Source of the DNA: an uncultured Enterobacterales bacterium
Lineage (GTDB): Bacteria; Myxococcota_A; UBA796; JAFGLY01
Assembly (NCBI GenBank): GCA_964512185.1
Contig: CAZEJJ010000001.1
Span: forward strand, 40,704 to 104,703
Length of the DNA: 64,000 nt
Reading direction: 5' to 3'
In this document: positions 11,449-20,378 of the stretch, in pieces
Layout: each line of letters begins with the position of its first letter
How positions within the stretch are numbered: position 1 is the first letter of the stretch
Translations under genes and position numbers: made by a program
Notes under the pieces: generated by a model
Database searches by the model: none
What the model saw: the letters and a program-made list of their open reading frames with translations, nothing else
Told to the model about the DNA's origin: nothing

Positions 11449-12411
11449 CTAGCGACCCTCCCCCTGCTCGATGAGCTCGTCGGTGAAGTCGAGCAGCAGG
11501 GGATCGATGTCGAGGTCCAGGGACTCGAGCACCGCGCGGTTCAGCACCACCCGTGCGCCCTGGGGCTGGGCCACGGGCAGCCGGGACGGAGGCACACCGT
11601 CGTCGAGGATCCGCCGGGCCAGCTCGGCGGCCTGGCTGCCTGTGAGCCCGTAGTCGGGCACCACCGCCAGCAGCGCGCCGGCGTGGGCCAGGGCTTCGGA
11701 GGTGGCCACGATGGGGAGGCCGGCTCGGCGCGACTGCTCCCGCAGGTTGCGGAAGTTCTCGGGAGTGAGCACCTGCGGGTCGTTGACCATGAGGATGGCG
11801 TCCGCCCGCTTGGCCAGCCTCGCGCTCGCCCCGCGCACGTCGCGGGACGACTGGATGGAGGTCACGTCGATCTCCATCTCCGTGCTGCGAGCGGCGGTGC
11901 GCAGGTGCATGGCCGCGGGGTTCTGGTTGGTGAGGATCACCCCGAGCTTGCGCACATCGGGCAGGAACAGCTGCACCTGGCTCATGAGCGTCTCGTAGGG
12001 GATCTCGTAGCCCACTCCGGTGACGGAGCCGCCCTCGATCCCATAGCGCTCGGGATCGCGGATCATGCCGTACACCAGCGGCACGTGGGGCATCTCCCGC
12101 TGCACCATCCAGGCCGCCTTGGCGCCCAGCGCGAAGACCAGCGGCGGTGGATCAAAGCGCAGGCGGGTGACGATCTCATTGGCCACCGCCCTCTGACCTT
12201 GGATGGACAGCACCGTGACAGGGCGCCCGACGCCATCTTCGAAGGCCTGCACCGCCGCATCGTAGACCACGAGATCGTCGCTGATGAGGATCACCACGGA
12301 CTCGATGGCCAGGGCCCGGCCCGGCAGCAACGCGAGCAGCGCCACCAGCAGGCCCAGACACCGACGGTGGCGACGGCGACGCGGTTCAGCGGCGGCGGCG
12401 GTTGTCATCAT
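11449..12411 (-). CDS. Periplasmic binding protein of the uncharacterised ABC-type substrate-binding family (COG2984/ABC_sub_bind-like)
   Basis: Real part begins MMTTAAAAEPRRRRHRRCLGLLVALLALLPGRALA (signal peptide), followed by alternating beta-alpha periplasmic-binding-fold sequence. No ABC permease or ATPase gene lies nearby. The upstream 190 aa of the track ORF are P/R/A junk. Confidence 0.75.
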   Translation of the reverse strand: MMTTAAAAEPRRRRHRRCLGLLVALLALLPGRALAIESVVILISDDLVVYDAAVQAFEDGVGRPVTVLSIQGQRAVANEIVTRLRFDPPPLVFALGAKAAWMVQREMPHVPLVYGMIRDPERYGIEGGSVTGVGYEIPYETLMSQVQLFLPDVRKLGVILTNQNPAAMHLRTAARSTEMEIDVTSIQSSRDVRGASARLAKRADAILMVNDPQVLTPENFRNLREQSRRAGLPIVATSEALAHAGALLAVVPDYGLTGSQAAELARRILDDGVPPSRLPVAQPQGARVVLNRAVLESLDLDIDPLLLDFTDELIEQGEGR

Positions 12412-14335
12412 CGCGGTCACCTGTGCTGGCATCGAAGGGGCACTTGACGTACACGGGGCGGGTGGCTGAGACCGTAGCCGGCTTGCTGCACTCCTGGCCA
12501 CCCGGCCCCACCACGCGCACCTGGTGATCACCGACGCTGGCGCGCCCTTTGTAGGGCGTGATGCCCACGCTGGCGCCGTCCACCCACACCTGCAGCGAGC
12601 GGGGATCGCTGGCCACGTAGAGGTCGCCCTGGGGCCCGCCCGCGTCCGGTACCTGCTGCGCGGGCTCGGCGGGTGGCGGCTCACTGGTGGGGGAGCCGCC
12701 GTCCTGGGGAACCTCTGGCTCCTGGGGGGGGGCAGGGGTGGCGGAACCAGCCGCGCCCTCGGCCACATCGGCCGCCGTAGGTTCGCTCTCGGCGGGAGGA
12801 GCGGCGGCGGTGCCTGTCCCGGTGGCCTCGCTCGAAGCTGGGGTGCGCGGGCTCTCGCTGCCGGCGCTTCCCGCCGAGGGCTGGCGGCTCCCTGGGCTCC
12901 TGACCGGGGTGGACCTGGGAGGCTCGGGCTGCGCAGCCGGCTGCTCAGGAGGAGGCTCCGGCACGCCGGGCTGCTCGGGTGCGAGGGCCGCTGCATCGCC
13001 CTCTTCCGGCGTGACGTCTTCGGCGATCAGATCCGCCAGGCTGGGCTCCTCGGCGCTCTCGATGGTCACCTGCAGGGACCAAACCCACCAGCCCAGGCTG
13101 CAGACGAGCGCCAGGACCGCGAGCGCACCCAGGGGGGCCACCACCAGCAGCGGGCGCTTCTTCCTGGGGAGCGGCGGGCGGATGATGGCGCTGCGCGACA
13201 GCTCCTGGGTGTCGTTCTCTAGATCGGAGGTGGTAGCCGGCGGCGTGGCGAGGGTGGGCTCGAGAGGGGTGACGGGCGGGATGGCCACGGCCCGGGAGAT
13301 GGAGTTGCTGGACTCGTGGTACTGCCGCAGCCGCTCCCAGATGCCGTCCACCTCTTCGGGGGCCAGGCGCTTGACCAGCTCGGCCCGCTCCTCCTGGGTG
13401 GCCAGCCCTCCCACGGTGTCGGCGACAGCGGCGAGATCGGCCTGGAAGTCCCGCGCCGTGGGGTAGCGCTGCTCGCGCTCGCGGGAGAGGGCGCGGGCGT
13501 GCACCTGCCGCAGCAGATCGGGATCCGCGAGGCCCTCGGGCAGCTCCAGGGGCGGAAGCTGCCCCATGACGATGCGGTGCATGATCTGCAGCTCGCTCAG
13601 ACCATGGAACGGTCCTCGTCCGGACACCAGCTCGTGCAGCATCAGGCCCACCGCGTACAGATCGGTGCGGCCATCCAGCGCGACGCTGCCCTCGATCTGC
13701 TCCGGAGACATGTAGGCGAACTTGCCCTTCAGGCTGCGCCCCTGGGTCTTCTCGAGCCGATCTTCGGCCAGGGCGACGCCGAAGTCGATGACCTTGACCT
13801 CGCCGCGCACCGACAGCATCACGTTGCGCGGGTTGATGTCGCGGTGCACGAGGTTCATAGGCCTGCCGAGGCTGTCCACCTTGTGGTGGGCGTACTGCAG
13901 GCCGTGCAGCACCTCGTGCAGCACTGAGAGCGAGAAGCGCAGCGGCAGCCCCACGTTCCTGCGCCGAGCGGCTCGCTGCAGAGCGCGCAGATCGAGCCCC
14001 GGCACGTACTCCATGACCATGAAGTACTCTTCCTGCTGGCTGTGCTGATCCAGCTGCTTGCCGAAGTCGTAGACCGCCACGACGTTGCCGTGGTGCAGCT
14101 CAGAGTTGATGCGCGCCTCGTCCATGAACATGCGCACGTAGGTGTCGTCCGCCAGGTTGACGCGCGCCACGCGCTTGATGGCCACGAAGCGCACGAAGCT
14201 GCTCTCGCCCATGCCACGATGGGCGAGGTCCACCTCAGACATGCCCCCGGAGCCGATGGGCTCCAGGAGCATGTACTTGCCGTACGGTCGTGGGTAGAGG
14301 CTCACTTTGGGCTTCCGTCCGGGGCCAGTGTACAC
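12386..14335 (-). CDS. Membrane Ser/Thr protein kinase with extracytoplasmic PEGA domain
   Basis: 649 aa, GTG start. Kinase motifs GSGGMSEV, AIK, HRDINPRNVML, DFG, SPEQ. TM helix LLVVAPLGALAVLALVCSLGWWVW, a P/A/E-rich linker, then C-terminal PEGA-like LYVASDPRSLQVWVDGASVGITPY. Confidence 0.88.
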   Translation of the reverse strand: MYTGPGRKPKVSLYPRPYGKYMLLEPIGSGGMSEVDLAHRGMGESSFVRFVAIKRVARVNLADDTYVRMFMDEARINSELHHGNVVAVYDFGKQLDQHSQQEEYFMVMEYVPGLDLRALQRAARRRNVGLPLRFSLSVLHEVLHGLQYAHHKVDSLGRPMNLVHRDINPRNVMLSVRGEVKVIDFGVALAEDRLEKTQGRSLKGKFAYMSPEQIEGSVALDGRTDLYAVGLMLHELVSGRGPFHGLSELQIMHRIVMGQLPPLELPEGLADPDLLRQVHARALSREREQRYPTARDFQADLAAVADTVGGLATQEERAELVKRLAPEEVDGIWERLRQYHESSNSISRAVAIPPVTPLEPTLATPPATTSDLENDTQELSRSAIIRPPLPRKKRPLLVVAPLGALAVLALVCSLGWWVWSLQVTIESAEEPSLADLIAEDVTPEEGDAAALAPEQPGVPEPPPEQPAAQPEPPRSTPVRSPGSRQPSAGSAGSESPRTPASSEATGTGTAAAPPAESEPTAADVAEGAAGSATPAPPQEPEVPQDGGSPTSEPPPAEPAQQVPDAGGPQGDLYVASDPRSLQVWVDGASVGITPYKGRASVGDHQVRVVGPGGQECSKPATVSATRPVYVKCPFDASTGDRDDDNRRRR

Positions 14336-15516
14336 CCATCGGCGGGATCCGCAGAATGGCCCCCCACCGGCCCGTCGCGCCGGCGCAGCACCGCGAGCTT
14401 CAAGTAGCGCGCCTCGGGGTGGGCCGGCACCACCGGATGATCCGCTGGTTCGCGAGCCAGGTGGACGAGGCTCCAGGTACGCGCAACCCTGGCCACGCCC
14501 TTGTACACCGACTCCAGCCAGCGGTCCTCCCGCAGCCGGGCGGTGCAGGAGGCGGTGGCCAGCAGCCCGCCTGGAACCACCATGCCCGCTGCGTGGGCGT
14601 TCAGATCGCGGTAAGCGCGTCGAGCCGCGGCGTCGGCCTTGGCGTTGCGAGCGAGGGAGGGGGGATCGCAGATCACCATCCCGACCGGCGACGGGGGCTT
14701 CCAGGTGAAGGCATCCGCCACCTCGAAGCCGTGGGCGCCAGGGTCGAGTCCGTTCAGGCGAAAGTTCTCCCGGGCATCTTCCAGAGCCGCGGGGGCCTGG
14801 TCCACCGTGATGGTCCGGCGCGCACCGGCCGCCGCCGCGTGCACCGAGAACCCGCCAGTGTAGCCAAACAGGTTCACCAGCTCAGCGCCGGCCGCCCAGG
14901 CAGCCAGCCGGTGCCGGTTCTCTCTCTGATCGAGGAAGAGGCCGGTCTTCTGGCCTCGCGCGGGGCGCACGAGGAAGCGGAGGCCATGCTCCCGGACCAC
15001 GAGCACCTCCGGTGGTTCTGCACCATGCAGACACTCCAGCCCCTGGCGGCCGTCCACCCTGCGCACCCCCAGCCGGCGCACCAGGCTCTGCAGCCAGGGC
15101 AGCGCGCGCAGCGCCGACACGATCAGCTCGAGGTGCGGCTCCCAGGCGGCGCTGTACAGCCGCAGCACCGCCAGGGCTCCGTAGCGATCCACCACCACGC
15201 CAGGCAGCCCGTCGCCCGCGGCGTTCACCACCCGGTAGGCGTCCGTGTCGGCGGAGAGCGCCAGGCGGCGCCAGCTGTCGGCGCGCTGCAGCCGCTCGTG
15301 CAGCAGCTGGGGCAGCGGCTGTGGGTGACGCCCCAGCACCCGCACCGCGATCTCACCCTCGTCGCCGAGCCCGAAGCCGACCCTCCGGCCGCGGGGGTCC
15401 TGCAGCTCCACCAGCTGGCCCAGCCGCACTCCACCGCGCAGCCCGTCGCGGTACACCCACGGGTGCCCGCGGGCCACGGGCCCGACCGCGTCCTGGCGCA
15501 AGGCCACCTTCCGCAC
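14302..15516 (-). CDS. Class I SAM-dependent rRNA methyltransferase, RlmI/RlmK-like with PUA-type N-terminus
   Basis: 404 aa. Motifs GHPWVYRD, LFLDQRENR, VNLFGYTGGFSVHAA, ICDPPS. Confidence 0.8.
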   Translation of the reverse strand: MRKVALRQDAVGPVARGHPWVYRDGLRGGVRLGQLVELQDPRGRRVGFGLGDEGEIAVRVLGRHPQPLPQLLHERLQRADSWRRLALSADTDAYRVVNAAGDGLPGVVVDRYGALAVLRLYSAAWEPHLELIVSALRALPWLQSLVRRLGVRRVDGRQGLECLHGAEPPEVLVVREHGLRFLVRPARGQKTGLFLDQRENRHRLAAWAAGAELVNLFGYTGGFSVHAAAAGARRTITVDQAPAALEDARENFRLNGLDPGAHGFEVADAFTWKPPSPVGMVICDPPSLARNAKADAAARRAYRDLNAHAAGMVVPGGLLATASCTARLREDRWLESVYKGVARVARTWSLVHLAREPADHPVVPAHPEARYLKLAVLRRRDGPVGGHSADPADGCTLAPDGSPK

Positions 15517-15642
15517 GCTCTTCTCCAGCCGCCAGAGGCGATGAAACGGAGCCTGAATAATAGCGGAAGCGAGGCGTCAGGGGGCGGTGCAACAGGCTGG
15601 CTGCCAGGAAAAACAGCCACCAAGCCCGATGGAGACAGACCC

Positions 15643-16056
15643 ATGACCCGCATCGCCCTCGCCGCCCTGCTCGCCCTCCCCGCTTGCTACGTCTACGACT
15701 CCGACACCCGCCCCGCCCCCATCAACCACTCACCCGACATCACCTGGGCCGAGGCCGGGTGCTTCTGGGACAACGCCGTCTACGACTGGGTGTGGTACTT
15801 CGACGCCGACGTGCTCGACCCGGACGGCTCCTTCGACGTGTGGGAGGTCTACGCCGACGTGTGGGATCTGCGCACCAACACCATGGTGGACAGCTTCTTG
15901 CTGAACGACTTCGGCGGTGGCTTCTGGTCAACAGAGTGGCTGCAGTACGAGACCTGGCTCGACTGCAGCTACCCCGACTACGTGGTGGACTTCGTGGCCT
16001 ACGACACCTACGAGTCCACCGACATCTACAGCGTCTACCCCTACGTCTACTACTGA
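15643..16056 (+). CDS. Small acidic, extremely aromatic-rich lipoprotein of unknown function
   Basis: Internal ATG of track ORF 14290..16056. Lipobox ALLALPAC. By my count the protein has 9 Trp and about 15 Tyr in 137 aa and ends ...YSVYPYVYY. A stem-loop follows the gene. Confidence 0.6.
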   Translation: MTRIALAALLALPACYVYDSDTRPAPINHSPDITWAEAGCFWDNAVYDWVWYFDADVLDPDGSFDVWEVYADVWDLRTNTMVDSFLLNDFGGGFWSTEWLQYETWLDCSYPDYVVDFVAYDTYESTDIYSVYPYVYY

Positions 16057-16083
16057 TCCCCTCCCCTACCCCCCGGCCCGCGC

Positions 16084-16107
16084 GGCCCTCCGCTCCCTCG
16101 GAGGGCC
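16084..16107 (+). terminator. Putative intrinsic terminator hairpin after the lipoprotein gene
   Basis: Perfect 9-bp stem GGCCCTCCG / CGGAGGGCC with a 6-nt loop, 28 nt after the stop codon. There is no U-tract, which is common in high-GC genomes. Confidence 0.45.
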
Positions 16108-16394
16108 GTCGTCGTCTGGGCGCCAAGGGGGGGGTCACGCGCCCCTCGGCGGGCTCGGCAGGGGCCACGGAGCGAGGCGCCCGGGCCCTGCACACGGCCC
16201 GCCGCCGCGGCGTATTTATCGCTTGTCTCCCGCCTTTTCCAAACACCTACAGTGTTACATGAAAAAAAAGCCTTGACCTGACAAGATTTCCTTGCTCCGC
16301 ACGGCACGCCTGTGGTACCCGTGATGAGCGGTCCTATCCCTCCCCCCGCTCCTCCCCCCGCTCCTCCCCCCACAGAAGTCCACCGCTCCTCCGC

Positions 16395-17279
16395 ATGCTG
16401 CCCGAACCCACCGCTGCCACGGAAAGCCCGCTGTCCATTCGACTGGAGCCCTCCGAGACCCCGCCCCTCATCGGGCTGGATCGGGAGGCTCCTTTCGACC
16501 GGGTCCGCGCCGACATGCAGTCCGCCCTGGCGCCGCAGGCCGGGGACTGGAGAGGAGCGGAGGTCCACCTGGACCTGGGAGCCCGGGAGCTGGATCTCTT
16601 CGACCTGCGGCGACTGGTCCATCTGCTCAAGGAGAGCTTCGAGATCGACGTCGTGGGCATGCGCTGCGAGGCCAGCTCGCTGCACCGATTCGCCGAGCGG
16701 GAGCTGAAGGTACGCATCCACCTGGACCCGCGAGCCGAGCTGGAGGCTCCCGCACCAGCACCGGAAGCCAGCGACGTAGAACGCGACGACACGGCCGAGC
16801 TCCCCGTCGAGGAGCTCGCGGCCACCGGAAGCGACGAGCCCCAGGCAGAGGAGCGAGGCCTCAGGGCTCCCGCACCCGACGTGCCCATCTCCGAGGAACC
16901 GGGCGACTCGATCCACGTGATCCGCCGCACGCTGCGGTCGGGCGTGGTGCTGCGCCATGCCGGCGACGTCATGCTCTACGGCGACGTCAACCCTGGCGCC
17001 GAGCTCTACGCAGGTGGCAGCATCACCGTGCTGGGCGCCCTCAAGGGCCTGGCCCACGCCGGCACCCACAGCGGCGACGCCGCCTGGATCATGAGCCTGG
17101 ATCTGCACCCTACCCAGCTGCGCATCGGCCAGCGCATCTGCATCTCTTCCCGCGACGAACAGAGCACCGGCCGGCGCTCTGGCCTGCCGCGCATCGCGCT
17201 GGTGCGCGGCGGTGAGATCGTCGTTGAGCCCTACCGGGGTCGGCTACCCCGGCCTGAACCCGCAAGGAGCGGCGCATGA
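16395..17279 (+). CDS. minC: Septum site-determining protein MinC
   Basis: 294 aa. The C-terminal beta-helix domain is typical of MinC (VIRRTLRSGVVLRHAGDVMLYGDVNPGAELYAGGSITVLGALKGLAHAG...). ATGA overlap with minD. Confidence 0.8.
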   Translation: MLPEPTAATESPLSIRLEPSETPPLIGLDREAPFDRVRADMQSALAPQAGDWRGAEVHLDLGARELDLFDLRRLVHLLKESFEIDVVGMRCEASSLHRFAERELKVRIHLDPRAELEAPAPAPEASDVERDDTAELPVEELAATGSDEPQAEERGLRAPAPDVPISEEPGDSIHVIRRTLRSGVVLRHAGDVMLYGDVNPGAELYAGGSITVLGALKGLAHAGTHSGDAAWIMSLDLHPTQLRIGQRICISSRDEQSTGRRSGLPRIALVRGGEIVVEPYRGRLPRPEPARSGA

Positions 17280-18094
17280 GTGAGTGCATCGTCATCACCT
17301 CTGGCAAGGGGGGGGTCGGCAAGACGACCACCACCGCCAACATCGGCGTGGCCCTGGCCCAGCTTGGCGCCCGCGTGGCCGTGGTCGACGCGGACATCGG
17401 CCTGCGAAATCTCGACGTGGTGCTGGGTCTCGAGAACCGCATCGTCTACGACCTCGTGCACGTGATCGAGGGCGAGTGCAAGCTCAAGCAGGCGCTCATC
17501 CGGGACAAGCGCGTCGAGGGACTGAGCCTGCTGCCCGCAGCCCAGACCCGCGACAAGACCGCGGTCTCGCCCGACAACATGCGCAGGCTCGTGGCGCAGC
17601 TCAAAGAGGCCTTCGACTACGTCCTGGTGGACTGCCCGGCGGGCATCGAACAGGGCTTCAAGACCAGCATCGCCGGTGCCGACCGCGCTCTGATCGTCAC
17701 CACGCCCGAGGTGAGCGCCATCCGCGACGCCGACCGGATCATCGGCCTGGTGGAGGCCGCCGAGCTGCCGGAACCGGAGCTGATCATCAACCGGTACCGG
17801 CGCAGCATGGTGCGGGCCGGCGACATGATGGACACGGATGACATCCTCGAGATCCTGGCCATCCCCCTCGTGGGGATCATCCCGGAGAGCGAGGAGGTGA
17901 TCATCAGCACGAACCGCGGGCAGCCGGCCGCCATGGAGGTCGACTCCTCCGTCGGCGAGGCCATGAGGCGCCTGGCCCGGCGCTTGCACGGCGAGAAGGA
18001 CGTGCCCTTCATCGCGCTCGAGCAGGACGAGGGCTTCTGGCTCTCGTTCAAGCGCTGGATGGGCCTGGCGCCCGCACGGGAGGTGGCGGGATGA
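17276..18094 (+). CDS. minD: Septum site-determining ATPase MinD
   Basis: Deviant Walker A SGKGGVGKTT, motif DCPAGIE, C-terminal amphipathic helix GFWLSFKRWMG. Confidence 0.95.
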   Translation: MSECIVITSGKGGVGKTTTTANIGVALAQLGARVAVVDADIGLRNLDVVLGLENRIVYDLVHVIEGECKLKQALIRDKRVEGLSLLPAAQTRDKTAVSPDNMRRLVAQLKEAFDYVLVDCPAGIEQGFKTSIAGADRALIVTTPEVSAIRDADRIIGLVEAAELPEPELIINRYRRSMVRAGDMMDTDDILEILAIPLVGIIPESEEVIISTNRGQPAAMEVDSSVGEAMRRLARRLHGEKDVPFIALEQDEGFWLSFKRWMGLAPAREVAG

Positions 18095-18372
18095 GGCAGC
18101 TCATCAACCGCTTCTTCGGCGGACGCACCAACTCCAAGGACGACGCGAAGCAGCGCCTGAAGTTCCTGCTCATCCACGACCAGGTGGACATGACACCCGC
18201 CCAGCTCGAGGCCATGAAGGCCGAGATCATGGAGGTGATCTGCCGCTACATGGACGTGGACCACACCGAGACGCTGTTCCGGCTGGAGCGTATGCAGGAC
18301 AAGGTGGCCCTGGTCTCGCAGGTGCCCGTCAAGCGGGTCACGGCTCGTCCGGCGGTACACAGCCCCGCTTAG
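18091..18372 (+). CDS. minE: Cell division topological specificity factor MinE
   Basis: 93 aa. N-terminal sequence MRQLINRFFGGRTNSKDDAKQRLKFLLIHD is typical of MinE. ATGA overlap with minD. Confidence 0.9.
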   Translation: MRQLINRFFGGRTNSKDDAKQRLKFLLIHDQVDMTPAQLEAMKAEIMEVICRYMDVDHTETLFRLERMQDKVALVSQVPVKRVTARPAVHSPA

Positions 18373-18935
18373 CCGCCTGCAGGGGTCGGCTCCCAGCTGC
18401 GCTCCAGCAGCTGCTCCGCGGGATCGTCCACGTCGGGTGGAGCTTCGTTGAGAAACAGGACGCGGGCGGCCAAGATGCTCGCGACACGTTCCGCGTGCTC
18501 GCGCGGGAGCACGCGGTAGCTGGGCTCCCCGAGCACATCGGACCAGGCCACCGCCAGAGTGCCGAGGCGCAGGCCCTGGGCCAGCTTGAGGGGCAGATCC
18601 AGACGATGGAGCGTGATCCCGTCCGGAGCGCGATGCCAGAAGGGCTGGGGCCCGGCGGCCCATCGCAGGGCGTTGTGATCGATGATCTGGTTCACCCTGA
18701 GCTCGCGCGCCCGGACCTGCTCGCGCTCGCGGTCCACCTGGCGAGCCTGCGCTCGCCGCTGCAGGACATCTTCTCTGCGCTGCTCCCGCTCGCGCCGCCC
18801 GACCTCCTGCCGCTCACGCTTCGAGGCGCGCTTGGACTGCGCCGCGCGGCGCTGGCGCTTGAGCCCCTGCTCTGCCTTGCGCTTGTCCTTGCGGGAGGCC
18901 AGGCCGGCCTTCACCAGCTGGTCGCGCAGGGACAT
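18369..18935 (-). CDS. DUF2058-like basic protein (YaiL-type)
   Basis: Starts at the internal ATG 18935: MSLRDQLVKAGLASRKDKRKAEQ..., followed by a K/R/E-rich coiled region and a conserved C-terminal domain. The upstream part of the track ORF is P/G/R junk. Confidence 0.65.
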   Translation of the reverse strand: MSLRDQLVKAGLASRKDKRKAEQGLKRQRRAAQSKRASKRERQEVGRREREQRREDVLQRRAQARQVDREREQVRARELRVNQIIDHNALRWAAGPQPFWHRAPDGITLHRLDLPLKLAQGLRLGTLAVAWSDVLGEPSYRVLPREHAERVASILAARVLFLNEAPPDVDDPAEQLLERSWEPTPAGG

Positions 18936-18940
18936 GGTCG

Positions 18941-20212
18941 TCAGGCCTCCAGCAGCGCGCTGGCCTGGGAACGGAAGCTGCCCCGGGGGCCGACGCGATC
19001 GAGGTAGCTCTGCGCCGCGCGCCGGGCCCCCTCGCGGTCGCCGGCCGCCCGGCAGGCCTGGGCCTGGAACCACGCGGCCTCGACAGGAGCGCGCCCGGCC
19101 GAGACCAGCGGCTCGAGGATCTCGATGGCCCGCCCGTGTTCGCCGGCCAGCAGGGAGAGGGCCCCGGAGACGTAGGTTCCCAGGGCCCTGCCGGACAGGC
19201 CGGGCTGGATCGCGGCGCGCAGCTCCCGGTGGAAGCGCGCGTGGGAAGGGTCGGAGAGGGGCAGGGCCTCCACCAGCCTCTTGAGCTCATTTTCTGTGGC
19301 CGCCCGGTAGGACACGGCGCCCACCTGCAGCACGTCGACGCCTTCTCCGCCCTCGAGTCGGGCCTGCAGCCGACGCAGGGGCAGCGCCAATGCCTGGCCG
19401 GCAGGCGCGAAGACCAGGGAGCCATCGCCCAGCTCCCACGCGGACAGCGCCAGCTCACCCTCGCTGCCCCGGACGGCGTGGCCGGGCAGCAGCACGAGCC
19501 ACTGGCGAACCAGGGCCCTGGCGCGCTGCTCTCCGCAATCCAGCCCGCGACTGAGCCACACGCCCTGGACGGCGTCGGCGGTGAGCTCCGGCGGGTACTC
19601 GCCCAGGGTCTCCCTGAGCCCGCCCACCCAGCGCGTGGGGACCTGGGCCGAGGCCCGCTCGATCTCGTCCCGCAGGCCGTAGAAACCGAGCCGGAGGGCC
19701 ATGCCGGCCAGCTCCACCAGGACATCGGGCTTCAGCCGAGGGTCCTCGACCAGGGCCAGGAGCGCCCGCGGTACGCGCGGATCCCCGTTGACCGCACCGG
19801 AGGCGCAGTAGCGCTCGAGCCCCACCAGGGCGCCGGTGCGCACATCGACTCGCGGATCGCGCACACCGCTGGTGAGGTTCCGCAGCACCTCGGGCATGCC
19901 CAGGCTGGCGAGCACCTGGAACAGGCCGGTGTTGCGGCCCGGATCGATGCCCCGCAGCCTGCTCAGCACCGCGCGGCGCTGGGAGGTGCTCAGCAGGTCG
20001 CGCCGCTCACCCAGCCGGCAGCGAGCCAGCACATGCGCCGCCGCCGCGGCCGACGCCAGCCTGACACCGGGAGACTTGTCGGTCAGCGCAGTCTCGATGA
20101 GCAGGTTGAGGGTCTCGGGCGACCCGGACGCCGCGAGCTCTCGGGCGGCCTCGGCGCGCTGGGGGATGCTCCCGGCCTGGAGCGTGCTCAGTGGATCGTC
20201 CGACTGGCTCAC
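18941..20212 (-). CDS. HEAT/ARM-like repeat protein of unknown function
   Basis: 423 aa, GTG start. N-terminal HEAT-like repeats (AARELAASGSPETLNLLIETALTDKSPGVRLASA...VRDPRVDVRTGALVGL). Consistent GC3 bias. Confidence 0.6.
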   Translation of the reverse strand: MSQSDDPLSTLQAGSIPQRAEAARELAASGSPETLNLLIETALTDKSPGVRLASAAAAAHVLARCRLGERRDLLSTSQRRAVLSRLRGIDPGRNTGLFQVLASLGMPEVLRNLTSGVRDPRVDVRTGALVGLERYCASGAVNGDPRVPRALLALVEDPRLKPDVLVELAGMALRLGFYGLRDEIERASAQVPTRWVGGLRETLGEYPPELTADAVQGVWLSRGLDCGEQRARALVRQWLVLLPGHAVRGSEGELALSAWELGDGSLVFAPAGQALALPLRRLQARLEGGEGVDVLQVGAVSYRAATENELKRLVEALPLSDPSHARFHRELRAAIQPGLSGRALGTYVSGALSLLAGEHGRAIEILEPLVSAGRAPVEAAWFQAQACRAAGDREGARRAAQSYLDRVGPRGSFRSQASALLEA

Positions 20213-20378
20213 GAACTCTCCTCCCGGGGCCCGGACCCCGACGTGCGCACCGGCTTGGCCTATCGCCGGGCCCTGGTGGGGTCAACGACGCGACCGCGGC
20301 GGTGGGGCAGAACGAGGAGCGCAGCAGCTTCGCCCGCGGGTCGCGGGTACCATGGTGCCCTCCAAGGAGGTGGCCCCC

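Noticed and set aside
16259-16276. Five-codon mini-ORF ATG AAA AAA AAG CCT TGA in the AT-rich island upstream of minC
   Set aside because: It has no SD and is too short to evaluate. It is most likely just part of an A-tract or promoter region.
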